NCBI GenBank assembly: GCA_051382295.1
Contig: JBBCAW010000107.1
Location: 1 to 13,021 of the forward strand
Origin: Bdellovibrionota bacterium FG-1
Lineage (GTDB): Bacteria > Bdellovibrionota > UBA1018
DNA: 13,021 bases
Direction of reading: 5' to 3'
Shown here: piece by piece, positions 1-8,107 of the stretch
How the letters are laid out: every line of letters starts with the position of its first letter
Numbering within the stretch: position 1 is the stretch's first letter
The notes under the pieces: model-generated
The model's database searches: none
Told to the model about the DNA's origin: nothing
Seen by the model: only the letters and a program-made list of their open reading frames with translations
Made by a program: the position numbers and the translations under genes

Positions 1-704
1 GGGGCGGGGGCGCCCCTTTTGCGAGGGGTCGGGCGAATACGCGGAGGACGGTAGGTCGCCGTAAATTGCTGAGTGGCGGGAGCCTCTTGAATTTCAAGCG
101 TCGTGCGACCGGCTAACGAAGAACCATTCTGGGCCTCGTGCTGAATTTTTTGAAGTTGGTCCGCAAATTCGAGGTTCGTCTTGGCGAAGTGAGTGGTAAA
201 ACGAACGTGTTTGAAGGGGTGGCCTTCGCAACGGGACTGGGCTTGCTCTTCGTTGGTCATGTCATAACCGAGCAGATCCACTTCAATCGAATCCGTGAGG
301 GATTCGTCGAGTTTTTCGAGGGCTTTGCAGGGGTCATCGCCGCAGGTATCCTGTCCGTCCGTGATGATCAAGGTTCGCGCGATTTTCTGTGTCGCGGTTT
401 TTTGGGCCAACATCCGAATCGAGGCTCCGAGCGGAGTCATGGCAAATTTTCCCGGCCTTTGGTGGGTCGCCCAGTTATCCAGTTCTTCGGCGCGTTTCAG
501 CGCGACCTCCATGCCGTCACAGCCTGCGGATTTCCCCGAGCCAAACGAGATCACCAAAATCGGATCTTGCGCGCGATAGGACGAAGACAACGCCCCCATG
601 TTTTCGACCAAAATATCCCGTTTGCTCTTGTCCTCGAGTTTTTGATCCATGGAGCCGCTAAAGTCCAGAATCAACGCTAAGGCGATCAAGGCATCAGTCG
701 ACAT
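1..704 (-). CDS. von Willebrand factor A (VWA) domain protein with MIDAS motif, 3'-truncated by the window edge
   Basis: Not in the ORF track because it has no stop in the window. Manual translation from ATG 704, with a GGAG SD just upstream, is open to base 3: MSTDALIALALILDFSGSMDQKLEDKSKRDILVENMGAL...ILVISFGSGKSAGC...AMTPLGASIRML...RTLIITDGQDTCGDDPCKAL...IEVDLLGYD... It has DxSxS, TPL and ITDG-x-x-TCGxDPC motifs typical of YwmD-like VWA domains, and overlaps the upstream ORF by 11 nt. Confidence 0.9.
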   Translation of the reverse strand, partial: MSTDALIALALILDFSGSMDQKLEDKSKRDILVENMGALSSSYRAQDPILVISFGSGKSAGCDGMEVALKRAEELDNWATHQRPGKFAMTPLGASIRMLAQKTATQKIARTLIITDGQDTCGDDPCKALEKLDESLTDSIEVDLLGYDMTNEEQAQSRCEGHPFKHVRFTTHFAKTNLEFADQLQKIQHEAQNGSSLAGRTTLEIQEAPATQQFTATYRPPRIRPTPRKRGAPA

Positions 705-1977
705 CCGAGAGTTCTCCGCTATGATTCAAATTGAGGGCGAAGCTCAGCGTGAGTCCGCCCGCCCAGTTGAGGTAGCGATACTCTGGATTGGCCGTCAGCA
801 CTTTCGAAATGCGCGGGCCGCTCCCAGTCTGCCAGACTATGTCCATGCCGCCAAAAGCGCCCAGGCCAAATTCCAGGGCGGAAGAAAACTTTCGTTGGAA
901 AAGCGTTCTTCTTAAATCGATGGAGAACCAGCTGGCAGTGACCGCCGTTCCCCGATAGTTGGCCGAATCCTGAGTCGTGCCTACCACGCTTTTTAAAATT
1001 TCCAAGGTCAGCCAGGGGCTTTTGATGCGCGTGCCGAAATAAACAGATTGGCTCAAGGTCGAAAATGCGACGGGGGCTTCCGGCTCAATGGTCAGTCGTT
1101 CTTGGCGAAAGCCGCCCAGCAAGCCAAAGAGCCAACGGGCCTCATCAGGTTTCCAGGCAACGAGTAAATGTCCGTCCCAGCCATCCGTGTGACCGGTTCG
1201 TTCTTCCGTCCCGGCGGCCGACGTGGTCACGGTCTCTAATGAGCCAGCCATGGAACGTTCAAATGCGCCCTGCAGATGAAAAATCATCGTCCCATGATCA
1301 AAGTCGGGATTCCAGGGGGTCGTCCAGCCGAGGCCAATCGTGTTATTGGCGTTCAAATGGTTCGCCGACTCGGTCTGGGTATTGGCCGTGGTCGAGAGAG
1401 CGCGTTTTTCCAGCGCCGATTGCAGGGCGAGCGAGAACTTTCCGAGGCTAAGGGATCTTTCGTCTTTTTCAAAAGTCGGAATCGCCAAGACGGTGGTATT
1501 TTTTGCCAGCACCGGCGCCGGTCGTGGCAATTCGGGCGGGCGGGGCGTCGCCATTTTGGCAAAGGCCAGTTGATCGACCGTTAAAAAATGCAGCGAACCT
1601 CTCGGCAGACGGCCCTCAGCCTCCACACGTAAGCCATCTTGAAACTTGCTGGCCTCATCCGAGGAGAGCGCGGCGACCCGTCTACAAAAGGGATCACACA
1701 AATAAATTTCCGAAAGAATAGAATCTTTGGGACGCCCCAGGGCCAGTCGCTTCATGCGAGTGGCAACGTCCTCATTCAGGTGATGTGCCGTGGGCCGCGC
1801 GGGACGGGGAGGTCGGGGCGGACGCGGGGGCCGCGCCGGGCGAGGTGTGCGCGCAGCGCGCGCCATCCGAGGAGCGTGAAACACGCGCGGAACGGCATCT
1901 TCGGTCGCCGAGGCCAACAAAAGAAAAGGCTGAGAAAAAACGAGCAAAATCAAGGCCGTAGGGCATCCGTGCCACAC
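694..1977 (-). CDS. Secreted protein with Pro/Arg-rich N-terminal linker and predicted C-terminal outer-membrane beta-barrel
   Basis: 427-aa ORF with GTG start and a hydrophobic signal ending in ASA. The C-terminal ~215 aa contain about 10 alternating amphipathic segments (TIGLGWT, IFHLQGAFER, GHLLVAWK, WLFGLLGGFRQ, SVYFGTRIK, WFSIDLRR, LEFGLGAFGG, WAGGLTLSFAL). It is coupled by overlap to the VWA gene. Confidence 0.65.
   Translation of the reverse strand: MWHGCPTALILLVFSQPFLLLASATEDAVPRVFHAPRMARAARTPRPARPPRPPRPPRPARPTAHHLNEDVATRMKRLALGRPKDSILSEIYLCDPFCRRVAALSSDEASKFQDGLRVEAEGRLPRGSLHFLTVDQLAFAKMATPRPPELPRPAPVLAKNTTVLAIPTFEKDERSLSLGKFSLALQSALEKRALSTTANTQTESANHLNANNTIGLGWTTPWNPDFDHGTMIFHLQGAFERSMAGSLETVTTSAAGTEERTGHTDGWDGHLLVAWKPDEARWLFGLLGGFRQERLTIEPEAPVAFSTLSQSVYFGTRIKSPWLTLEILKSVVGTTQDSANYRGTAVTASWFSIDLRRTLFQRKFSSALEFGLGAFGGMDIVWQTGSGPRISKVLTANPEYRYLNWAGGLTLSFALNLNHSGELSDVD
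1792..1872 (-). repeat. Coding tripeptide repeat (xxR)9: PRMARAARTPRPARPPRPPRPPRPARP
   Basis: Arg occurs at residues 37, 40, 43, 46, 49, 52, 55, 58 and 61 (exact period 3), with mixed codon usage. Confidence 0.85.
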
Positions 1978-2003
1978 TCAAATCATTGTAATCCAAAAGC
2001 TTC

Positions 2004-2024
2004 ATGATATCATTAAATAATGAT
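2004..2024. promoter_or_regulatory. Overlapping palindromes in the short AT-rich divergent intergenic region (possible operator)
   Basis: ATGATATCAT (2004-2013) is a perfect palindrome and ATCATTA-AA-TAATGAT (2009-2024) is a 7-2-7 inverted repeat. They sit in the 42-bp gap between divergent starts at 1977 and 2020. Confidence 0.3.
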
Positions 2025-4953
2025 CGGTGCATGCCGACCTACGGTCATTGCCTTGCTTTTGTGGGCCCTCGGGGGAGGGCTTGCGGGCTGTTCTTTGGCC
2101 AAAAATTCGGTCCCATTATCTAGCCTCGCCGATTATCGAAATTTGCCCGTCGACGCCGAATTGAGTCTGTTTGCTGTCAATTCAGGCCTTTCTGAAAGCG
2201 CTTATGTCGGCACCCTGCAAAGGACGACGACGGGGATTGAGTTGCCTGCGGCCGCGCTTTCCGACATTCAAGCTCGAAGTGCGGCGCAACCCGTGGCTTT
2301 TGTGATCAAATCATTTTCGGTCGCGGCGGCCACGGGGAGTGATTATTTTTTAGAAACCCCGATTTTGAGTTCTTCCCTCGAATTCAGCGGCGCGACCACG
2401 GCGCTTTGGTTGGCCGTTAAACTGAGTGTCAAAAATGCGGCAAAAGTGTTGAAAATCGATCGCGCGACTTGGGATGATCTCTTATTTGTACTGGAAAATT
2501 CCTGCAAAAATTGCAAAACGATGAGTACTTCCGAGGTCTGGGCGGTGTTGCGAAGTAATGCTGAACTTCAGACCTCCCTCAATTTATCGCTGAGTCAACT
2601 GAATCCACCCGTACAGCTTCTTCAAACTGTTTTGGATTCACCTCCGATCCAGATTGCCAAGAGCGTGCCGGTGAGCGTGAATGGTATCGCAGTAACGCAA
2701 GCCATTGTGGAGGGAAGCACGCTCTCTTTTGAAGCGGAGTTCTATGCACCGGATCAGGCGAGTGAGCGGATCGCGCCGACTTCGTGGAGCAGCTCCGCCT
2801 CCGGCAACACGGTCTTTGCAACCAACGCGGCGACGGCCAGCAAATATTTCGATTTCTTCACCGCGGGCACGGACACCATTACGGCTGGCACGAATTTGAC
2901 GGACGGACGCAGTGCTTCGGTCGTATTTAATCAGAGTGTCGCTAACGTCAATCAACCCCCGACGTGGGCGAGTATTCCCACCCCAAGTTTTATCGCAAAT
3001 CATCGCAATACTCTGGATCTTTCGCTTTATGGTCAGGACATCGATGGCGATCCAATGACCTTCAGCTTGGTTTCTGGACCAGCGGGGCTGACCCTGAATG
3101 CTTCGACGATCGAGTGGAATCCCACGCAGGCTCCTAACCCGGATCAGCTGGGCACTTTCGAGGTCATCGCGAAAGTGCGATCCACGGTTTTTGATGCGTC
3201 CGTGACCTTTCATGTCGCGGTGACGCAGGATCATTTGCCGTCTTTTGCCCTGGGAATCCCGAGTTCCTGGAACCTCAGCGAAGGCACGCTCGGCGTTTTC
3301 AGTTTTGCCACACAGGATACGGAGTCTGATCCGCTGGCTTTGAGTTGTGTCAGTGGTTGCGCTGCGATTGTGTCAGGGAGTCCTGCCGATGCCGGTTGGC
3401 CCTCCAGTTATAGCTATGGCGGTGTGCCGGGAGCTCAGACGATTTCGATTTCCTACAAACCGAGTTACCTTGAAACGATTGGGGGCGATGCTGCGCGGGC
3501 GATTGTGCTTGGACTTTCTTATGATCAAATCGCTGACCCAAATTTACGACAAATCACGCCCGTGGAGTTTCCGCTCACTTTGAATATCACCAATACGGAT
3601 GATCCGCCTTCTTGGATCGCGGGCGGCGCGATTCTGACCGAGGATCACACGGGTGGGGCGGCGTTAACCGAAAATGTGGCCTTCACTTCGACAACCGCCT
3701 TCCTCGCCATCGATCCCGCGCCCGGCGCGACGGCCCTCACTTACAGCGTGCCTGCGCTCCCGACTTATTGTCCTTGGCTTACGCTCAACGGCAGCCGCAA
3801 GGTGACGGGCACGCCCGGCTATGCCTCGCCGGCAACGTGCGTGTTTCAGATTCGTGCGACGGACACGCATGGACTCTTTAGTGATTCGCCGAACATCACC
3901 TATGCCATCACAGATGTAAACCGCCCTCCCGTGACTGCAATCGCCTTACCCGACCAAACCATCGCCGAAGGGCAAACGCTGACGTTGGCGTTGGCCACGT
4001 ACTTTAGTGACCCGGACGTGACGGTCGGTGACCCGCGCGAAACTCTCGTTTATAGCTGCACGAACTGTCCCGCAGGAGCGACGATCAGTGGCTCGACCTT
4101 GACTTACATTCCCGCTTATAGCATATCGACCGGCGCGCCTGTTGCTTTCAATGGTGTTCAAATCACCGTGACGGACAAGGGGGGCGCGACCGCCAGTCAG
4201 ACCTTCAAGATTACCGTGACCAACGCCCTGGGACCTCCTGTTATTGCCTTCAGTTCGGGTACCCTCACGCTTGCGGCAAACCAGGTTACGCAAACCGAGA
4301 CGGATGCCGCCGGTACGATCATCGTCGGGGTGAGCTTCTATGCTGGCGATGCGCCTTACGCCTATGATCTGAGTGTTTCCTGTTCACCTAGTTGCAGTGG
4401 CAGTTTGGTGAGTTTGCCGGTGACTTCCGGCAGCACCGCCGCTAATTATAACCTGAACATCACCCCGTCTTATACGGATGGCGATGGCGGAACGAACGCG
4501 AGTCAGAAAAACTACACGGTGACGATCTCTGGGGCCCAGAACGCCGGTATTCTGACCGGCTCGAGTTCGTTCGTTTTAAATATTGAGAATGTCAATCGCC
4601 TGCCAACGGCTCTCGTGATCGCCGGTGATAACGGGGTTGGAACTTATGCCTTTACGATCGATGGTTCAACTTGGAACAGTCATACCACCGCGCTGAGCAC
4701 TGCCGATCCCGATGGCACTAATGACGCCTATACTTATAGTTTTGTCACCACCACCTATGCGGCCGTGGGGAGCCTCTCTGGCTCAAATTGGAGCTTTAAT
4801 CCGATTCAAGCCGGCTGCGCCAGTGGGAGTGAAACCGTGGTTAAAACTTTTGATCTTAAAACCTCAGACAACCGAGGGGGGACCGTCACGCGCCGGCTGC
4901 AAATGACCGTGCTGAACGCTCAGACCGGGGGGGGCGGGTCGTGTCCGTACTAA
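2020..4953 (+). CDS. Large surface lipoprotein with tandem cadherin-like/putative-Ig (He_PIG-like) repeats; probable adhesin
   Basis: Lipobox LAG-C24. Repeated cadherin-type linker and Ca-binding motifs: NVNQPP, DIDGDPMTFSLVSGPAGLTL, DTESDPL, NTDDPP, DVNRPP, DPDVTVGDP, TDKGGATASQTFKITV, NVNRLP, DPDGTND, SDNRGG. The sequence is Thr/Ser/Gly-rich and beta-type. Confidence 0.85.
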   Translation: MIGACRPTVIALLLWALGGGLAGCSLAKNSVPLSSLADYRNLPVDAELSLFAVNSGLSESAYVGTLQRTTTGIELPAAALSDIQARSAAQPVAFVIKSFSVAAATGSDYFLETPILSSSLEFSGATTALWLAVKLSVKNAAKVLKIDRATWDDLLFVLENSCKNCKTMSTSEVWAVLRSNAELQTSLNLSLSQLNPPVQLLQTVLDSPPIQIAKSVPVSVNGIAVTQAIVEGSTLSFEAEFYAPDQASERIAPTSWSSSASGNTVFATNAATASKYFDFFTAGTDTITAGTNLTDGRSASVVFNQSVANVNQPPTWASIPTPSFIANHRNTLDLSLYGQDIDGDPMTFSLVSGPAGLTLNASTIEWNPTQAPNPDQLGTFEVIAKVRSTVFDASVTFHVAVTQDHLPSFALGIPSSWNLSEGTLGVFSFATQDTESDPLALSCVSGCAAIVSGSPADAGWPSSYSYGGVPGAQTISISYKPSYLETIGGDAARAIVLGLSYDQIADPNLRQITPVEFPLTLNITNTDDPPSWIAGGAILTEDHTGGAALTENVAFTSTTAFLAIDPAPGATALTYSVPALPTYCPWLTLNGSRKVTGTPGYASPATCVFQIRATDTHGLFSDSPNITYAITDVNRPPVTAIALPDQTIAEGQTLTLALATYFSDPDVTVGDPRETLVYSCTNCPAGATISGSTLTYIPAYSISTGAPVAFNGVQITVTDKGGATASQTFKITVTNALGPPVIAFSSGTLTLAANQVTQTETDAAGTIIVGVSFYAGDAPYAYDLSVSCSPSCSGSLVSLPVTSGSTAANYNLNITPSYTDGDGGTNASQKNYTVTISGAQNAGILTGSSSFVLNIENVNRLPTALVIAGDNGVGTYAFTIDGSTWNSHTTALSTADPDGTNDAYTYSFVTTTYAAVGSLSGSNWSFNPIQAGCASGSETVVKTFDLKTSDNRGGTVTRRLQMTVLNAQTGGGGSCPY

Positions 4954-4972
4954 GCGGTCAGGGAAAAAGAAG

Positions 4973-5620
4973 TCAGGGCAAAAACCAATAAAACCCAAGG
5001 GAAGCGTGAAAAAACGTTACCTCACGATTCAACGTCGTCCCTAGCCCCGTTTCCATTCGCATTCCGAAACGGCGGAGAATGGTATAATCGAGTCCCAGTT
5101 TGCCAAGAATCCCCACGCCGCTGCTATTCAAACGGGTCGTCGTAGTCGTGCTGCCTACGGTGGTTGCGCGTGAAAGCGTCCCTTGGCTAAAATCCACGCC
5201 TAACCCTAAATAGGGGCTCCACGCCTGGCGGTACCATGCCGTCCGAAAAATTTCCTCGCCTCCTGGAAGTACGCCCGGAGTGCCATTCCAAAAGTACCAG
5301 CGCCCGATCAGGCTCGTGACGCCCACGCCGCTAATAATCGGCGAGAGGCTTGCGGTTCGGAGATGCTCGAGGGCTAGGGTTTTTGTAGTATCCGCGGACC
5401 ACTCGAGGGAAGCTGCCAGCAACAGCGGACCTTCATTGAGTACTTTTGGGCTGATGCTTACGGCTGAAACGCCATACCCCATGAGCACGCCCAGGCGAAA
5501 GCTGGACAGGCCGCCGCTCTCCTCGGCGCTGGCCAAGCTCCCGCACAAAAGCCCATTACAAAATCCGCCCCACAATCCAAAAAAAAGGAAGCTACGCGGC
5601 CATCGGTCTGACATTTTCAC
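4973..5620 (-). CDS. Small outer-membrane beta-barrel protein (OmpA-TM/OmpW-like size)
   Basis: Signal peptide ending ASA, about 8 amphipathic strands (FRLGVLMGYG, LAASLEWS, LIGRWYF, SPYLGLGVDF, GILGKLGLDY, FGMRMETG) and an aromatic C-terminus ASLGFYWFLP. The start is GTG 5620 or ATG 5614, overlapping the stop of the 610-aa gene. Confidence 0.75.
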   Translation of the reverse strand: MKMSDRWPRSFLFFGLWGGFCNGLLCGSLASAEESGGLSSFRLGVLMGYGVSAVSISPKVLNEGPLLLAASLEWSADTTKTLALEHLRTASLSPIISGVGVTSLIGRWYFWNGTPGVLPGGEEIFRTAWYRQAWSPYLGLGVDFSQGTLSRATTVGSTTTTTRLNSSGVGILGKLGLDYTILRRFGMRMETGLGTTLNREVTFFHASLGFYWFLP

Positions 5621-7424
5621 GTGTTTTCTCGTTGGCGGTTTCTAGGTGAAGATCGATCTGCCCATTCGCAAGCAATTCATTGAGCCGGCCCTTCAGGGAC
5701 AAGAGATGATTCTCCCGTTCGTCGGCCGTGGTGCGGTCCTCGCGTTTGAGTCCATCCTCCACGATTTGCCGGGTCATGGGGGGGCAGACCGCGAGCACTC
5801 TTCCTTTAACTTCCGGAATCAGACGCAAAAACGAGGCAATTTCACCCTGCGGGGCCGTGGCAAAGAGGCTGGTCAGCGCAGCGTCCGACCACCAACCGAC
5901 AAAAGCCAGGGAAGGGTAGTTTTCCTTGAAAGAAGTCATCGCGGAGCCCAGTCGTTCCTCGAGTTTTCGCAGAATGGCGATTTCGGCGGTTGGCTTGAGC
6001 GATTCAAGCAGTCGCGCCAGCATAGGTTGAACCTGGATTTCGGCTTCGGCAGCCGTGCCATTGAATTTGGACTTGAGCGAGTTGTTGAGTGCTTGCACGT
6101 CGGTCTTGGAAACCTTGTCGAGTTTGAACGCTTCTTCAATGAGTTCCTCCAACGAATCCGGAGACAAGGTTCCAAAGTATTGGGTCCGAGTTTGTTCGGG
6201 CATGTGGAGTGCGACCAGGGTGCGCATCCGCGAATTCTCATTGATCAGCATTTCATTCAACAGGCCTCCATTACTTCGACCCAGATATTCGAAGGGTTTC
6301 TCCATACCCTCGGCGCCAAGGGTTTTAAAGGCCACGACATCCCAGTACACTTTTTCAACCGTTTGGAGGCGATCGAGTAAAGGAAATTCGGACATCCGTT
6401 TAAAGACATCAATCATGCCATTGCGTGCCTCGGCCGGCACATTAAAATGCTCCTGCATCTCGGTGACCGCGTCGATGAAGCAGGCCATTTTGAAGGTGCC
6501 CTCTTCTCCGGCCTGCGTCCACGTGGCCATGATAGGTTCAAGCCTGGGTCCTAATTGGGTGACCAGGGTCCTAATTTTGTCCAAAAACCCATTAATTTCG
6601 GCCTGAATTTGCCGCGGCGAACGCGTGTGATGAATGGGCTCGGGCGTTTTTTCTTCTTCTATTTTTTTAGGGGGAGGCGGGGCCTCGGCTGTAAGCGCCG
6701 GGCTTTGCAGTTTATGTAATTCTACCGTCGTCTTCCGTTCTTCAAGCGCATCCTTGGAGACCATATTTTTCCAACCCAACAAGGCCAGTAAAATAGCCAA
6801 ACTAAAAACTGTCAGCCCCAGCAGCGTTTGCATCTCCGCGACCCGATCCAAAGGGGTCTTTTCGCGCGGGGGCAGCGGCTTCTCCGGAGGGGGCGTGGGA
6901 TCCACGGGTTTTTTCTTAATAAAAGTAACGGAGCTTTTCCCGGTCTCCTGAAACTCATTTTTTACCCGTTGTTTGAGCCAGGTTCCGACTTGTTCTTCAG
7001 TGGCTTTGTCCAGCGTATCGATCAAGCCGACCGATAAAACAGCCGAAACAATCTCGTATTTGTTGAGCAACCCTTCGGGGGGCTTGAATTCCAGGCGATC
7101 CAGTTCAAAAGTGCCCAGCATGATATCCGGGGGCGGGGCTTTATCTTCGGTCGGTTGGGGTTGCCGGATTGGCTCGATTTCAACTTGCGCGCTCACGGTA
7201 AAACTCTCGCGATCCAAAAGCGTGGCCAAGCCGGTCCGATATCGCTTGGCGAGCATGTCCTCGAGCAAGGCTTTGGCCCCGATCATCTCGGAAGTGTAAG
7301 GGGCTTCGACCGGCGCGGGGGTGTCGGGTCCCGCAGCGAGGACGGTTTGAAAACTGAGGGCCAGCAGCAAAAAGCCAAGTACGCATCTATTCAATCTGTT
7401 AGTCCATCTCGTGGTCCATCTCAT
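5592..7424 (-). CDS. FliF-FliG-like fusion protein (signal peptide, FliF RBM3-like domain, TM helix, FliF C-terminal helix, FliG N/M/C domains)
   Basis: Manual alignment to remembered consensus. aa54-84 and 124-170 resemble the two halves of FliF RBM3. TM at aa200-218. aa280-303 (FLDKIRTLVTQLGPRLEPIMATWT) resembles the FliF C-terminal helix, and aa307-365 (EEGTFKMACFI...) resembles FliG_N. aa377-453 (PFEYL...LINENSRMRTLVALHMP) resembles FliG_M, with EHPQ replaced by ENSR. aa466-592 resembles FliG_C, ending LNELLANGQI. Confidence 0.8.
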   Translation of the reverse strand: MRWTTRWTNRLNRCVLGFLLLALSFQTVLAAGPDTPAPVEAPYTSEMIGAKALLEDMLAKRYRTGLATLLDRESFTVSAQVEIEPIRQPQPTEDKAPPPDIMLGTFELDRLEFKPPEGLLNKYEIVSAVLSVGLIDTLDKATEEQVGTWLKQRVKNEFQETGKSSVTFIKKKPVDPTPPPEKPLPPREKTPLDRVAEMQTLLGLTVFSLAILLALLGWKNMVSKDALEERKTTVELHKLQSPALTAEAPPPPKKIEEEKTPEPIHHTRSPRQIQAEINGFLDKIRTLVTQLGPRLEPIMATWTQAGEEGTFKMACFIDAVTEMQEHFNVPAEARNGMIDVFKRMSEFPLLDRLQTVEKVYWDVVAFKTLGAEGMEKPFEYLGRSNGGLLNEMLINENSRMRTLVALHMPEQTRTQYFGTLSPDSLEELIEEAFKLDKVSKTDVQALNNSLKSKFNGTAAEAEIQVQPMLARLLESLKPTAEIAILRKLEERLGSAMTSFKENYPSLAFVGWWSDAALTSLFATAPQGEIASFLRLIPEVKGRVLAVCPPMTRQIVEDGLKREDRTTADERENHLLSLKGRLNELLANGQIDLHLETANEKTRENVRPMAA

Positions 7425-8098
7425 GATCGCGCCCCCCCCGTACCGGTGGCGGGCCTGTTTAAGAGTTTGCGGAGTTTGGAAATCATTTTTACCGCGTCGT
7501 CCATCTGCGCATCCAAAGTCAGGGCTTCCTCGAAGGATTTTAGGCTTTCCTCATATTTGTGCTGAAGGTAGTAGACCGAACCCCGCATCGAAATCGCGCG
7601 CGGAAAACGGGGGGAGATCTGCAGGGCCTTATCTATCTCAATTTGCGCGCGCTCGTAGTCACCTTGAACGGCAAATTTTTGCGCCATAAAAAGAATGCGC
7701 AAAAGCTCGCTCGCGATGTGGTCCTCTTTGGCTCCTGCGGTAAGTTTAACGTTGAGGCCATTCGTGAGGGTTCCAAGACGACCCGTTGGGAGCACGTAGT
7801 GTTCGGTTTGAAAACCTGATTTTTCGAGGATCAGCTCGACAAAGTCATTGGAGGGAAACGGCTCACCCGTTCGCTTTGCGAATTCCGCGCGCGAAAAATC
7901 CACCGGCGTCGTGCCGAGTGAGATCCGTTCGCCCGTCGTCGGCTTGAGCGCATAGACCGTGGCTTCTGCAGGATCACTCTTAATGACCAGGTGTGAGGCA
8001 CAGCCCCCCAACGTCACGACGATGGCGATGACCAGCCCGACCCGCTGCAAGGCAGTGCGCAAAACATGAAAAAATAAAAAGGGTGAAAAATTGCCCAT
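7421..8098 (-). CDS. PEGA-domain plus TPR lipoprotein
   Basis: Lipobox LGG-C33. PEGA-like segment LVIKSDPAEATVY...LGTTPV...LILEKSGFQ...LNVKL. TPRs AQKFAVQGDYERAQIEIDKALQISP and AISMRGSVYYLQHKYEESLKSFEEALTLDA. It has an ATGA overlap (7421-7424) with the fusion gene. The true start could be TTG 8062. Confidence 0.85.
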   Translation of the reverse strand: MGNFSPFLFFHVLRTALQRVGLVIAIVVTLGGCASHLVIKSDPAEATVYALKPTTGERISLGTTPVDFSRAEFAKRTGEPFPSNDFVELILEKSGFQTEHYVLPTGRLGTLTNGLNVKLTAGAKEDHIASELLRILFMAQKFAVQGDYERAQIEIDKALQISPRFPRAISMRGSVYYLQHKYEESLKSFEEALTLDAQMDDAVKMISKLRKLLNRPATGTGGARS

Positions 8099-8107
8099 CC
8101 TTTTACC

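Noticed and set aside
138..915. Plus-strand ORFs 138-680, 295-579, 389-661 and 649-915
   Set aside because: They are antisense shadows of the VWA and barrel genes, which carry clear motifs on the minus strand.
1792..1840. G-quadruplex-like pattern of six G3+ runs on the plus strand
   Set aside because: It is fully explained by Pro (CCN) codons of the minus-strand Pro/Arg repeat.
1981..2024. Fur-box-like AATGAT/ATCATT hexamers
   Set aside because: The spacing does not fit the 7-1-7 or 19-bp Fur consensus, and no iron-related genes are adjacent.
2014..2040. sigma28-like TAAA-N15-GCCGACCT on the plus strand
   Set aside because: It overlaps the lipoprotein start and signal n-region. A downstream start would leave a 13-aa signal without a basic residue. 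Worth revisiting only if TSS data support it.
2500..2517. CKNCK as a heme c or Zn motif
   Set aside because: There is no His after CxxC, and the pattern matches the other local disulfide-type pairs in this exported protein.
5646..7819. Multiple plus-strand ORFs (for example 5646-6380 and 6055-6606)
   Set aside because: They are antisense to the well-supported fusion and TPR genes and contain no recognisable motifs.
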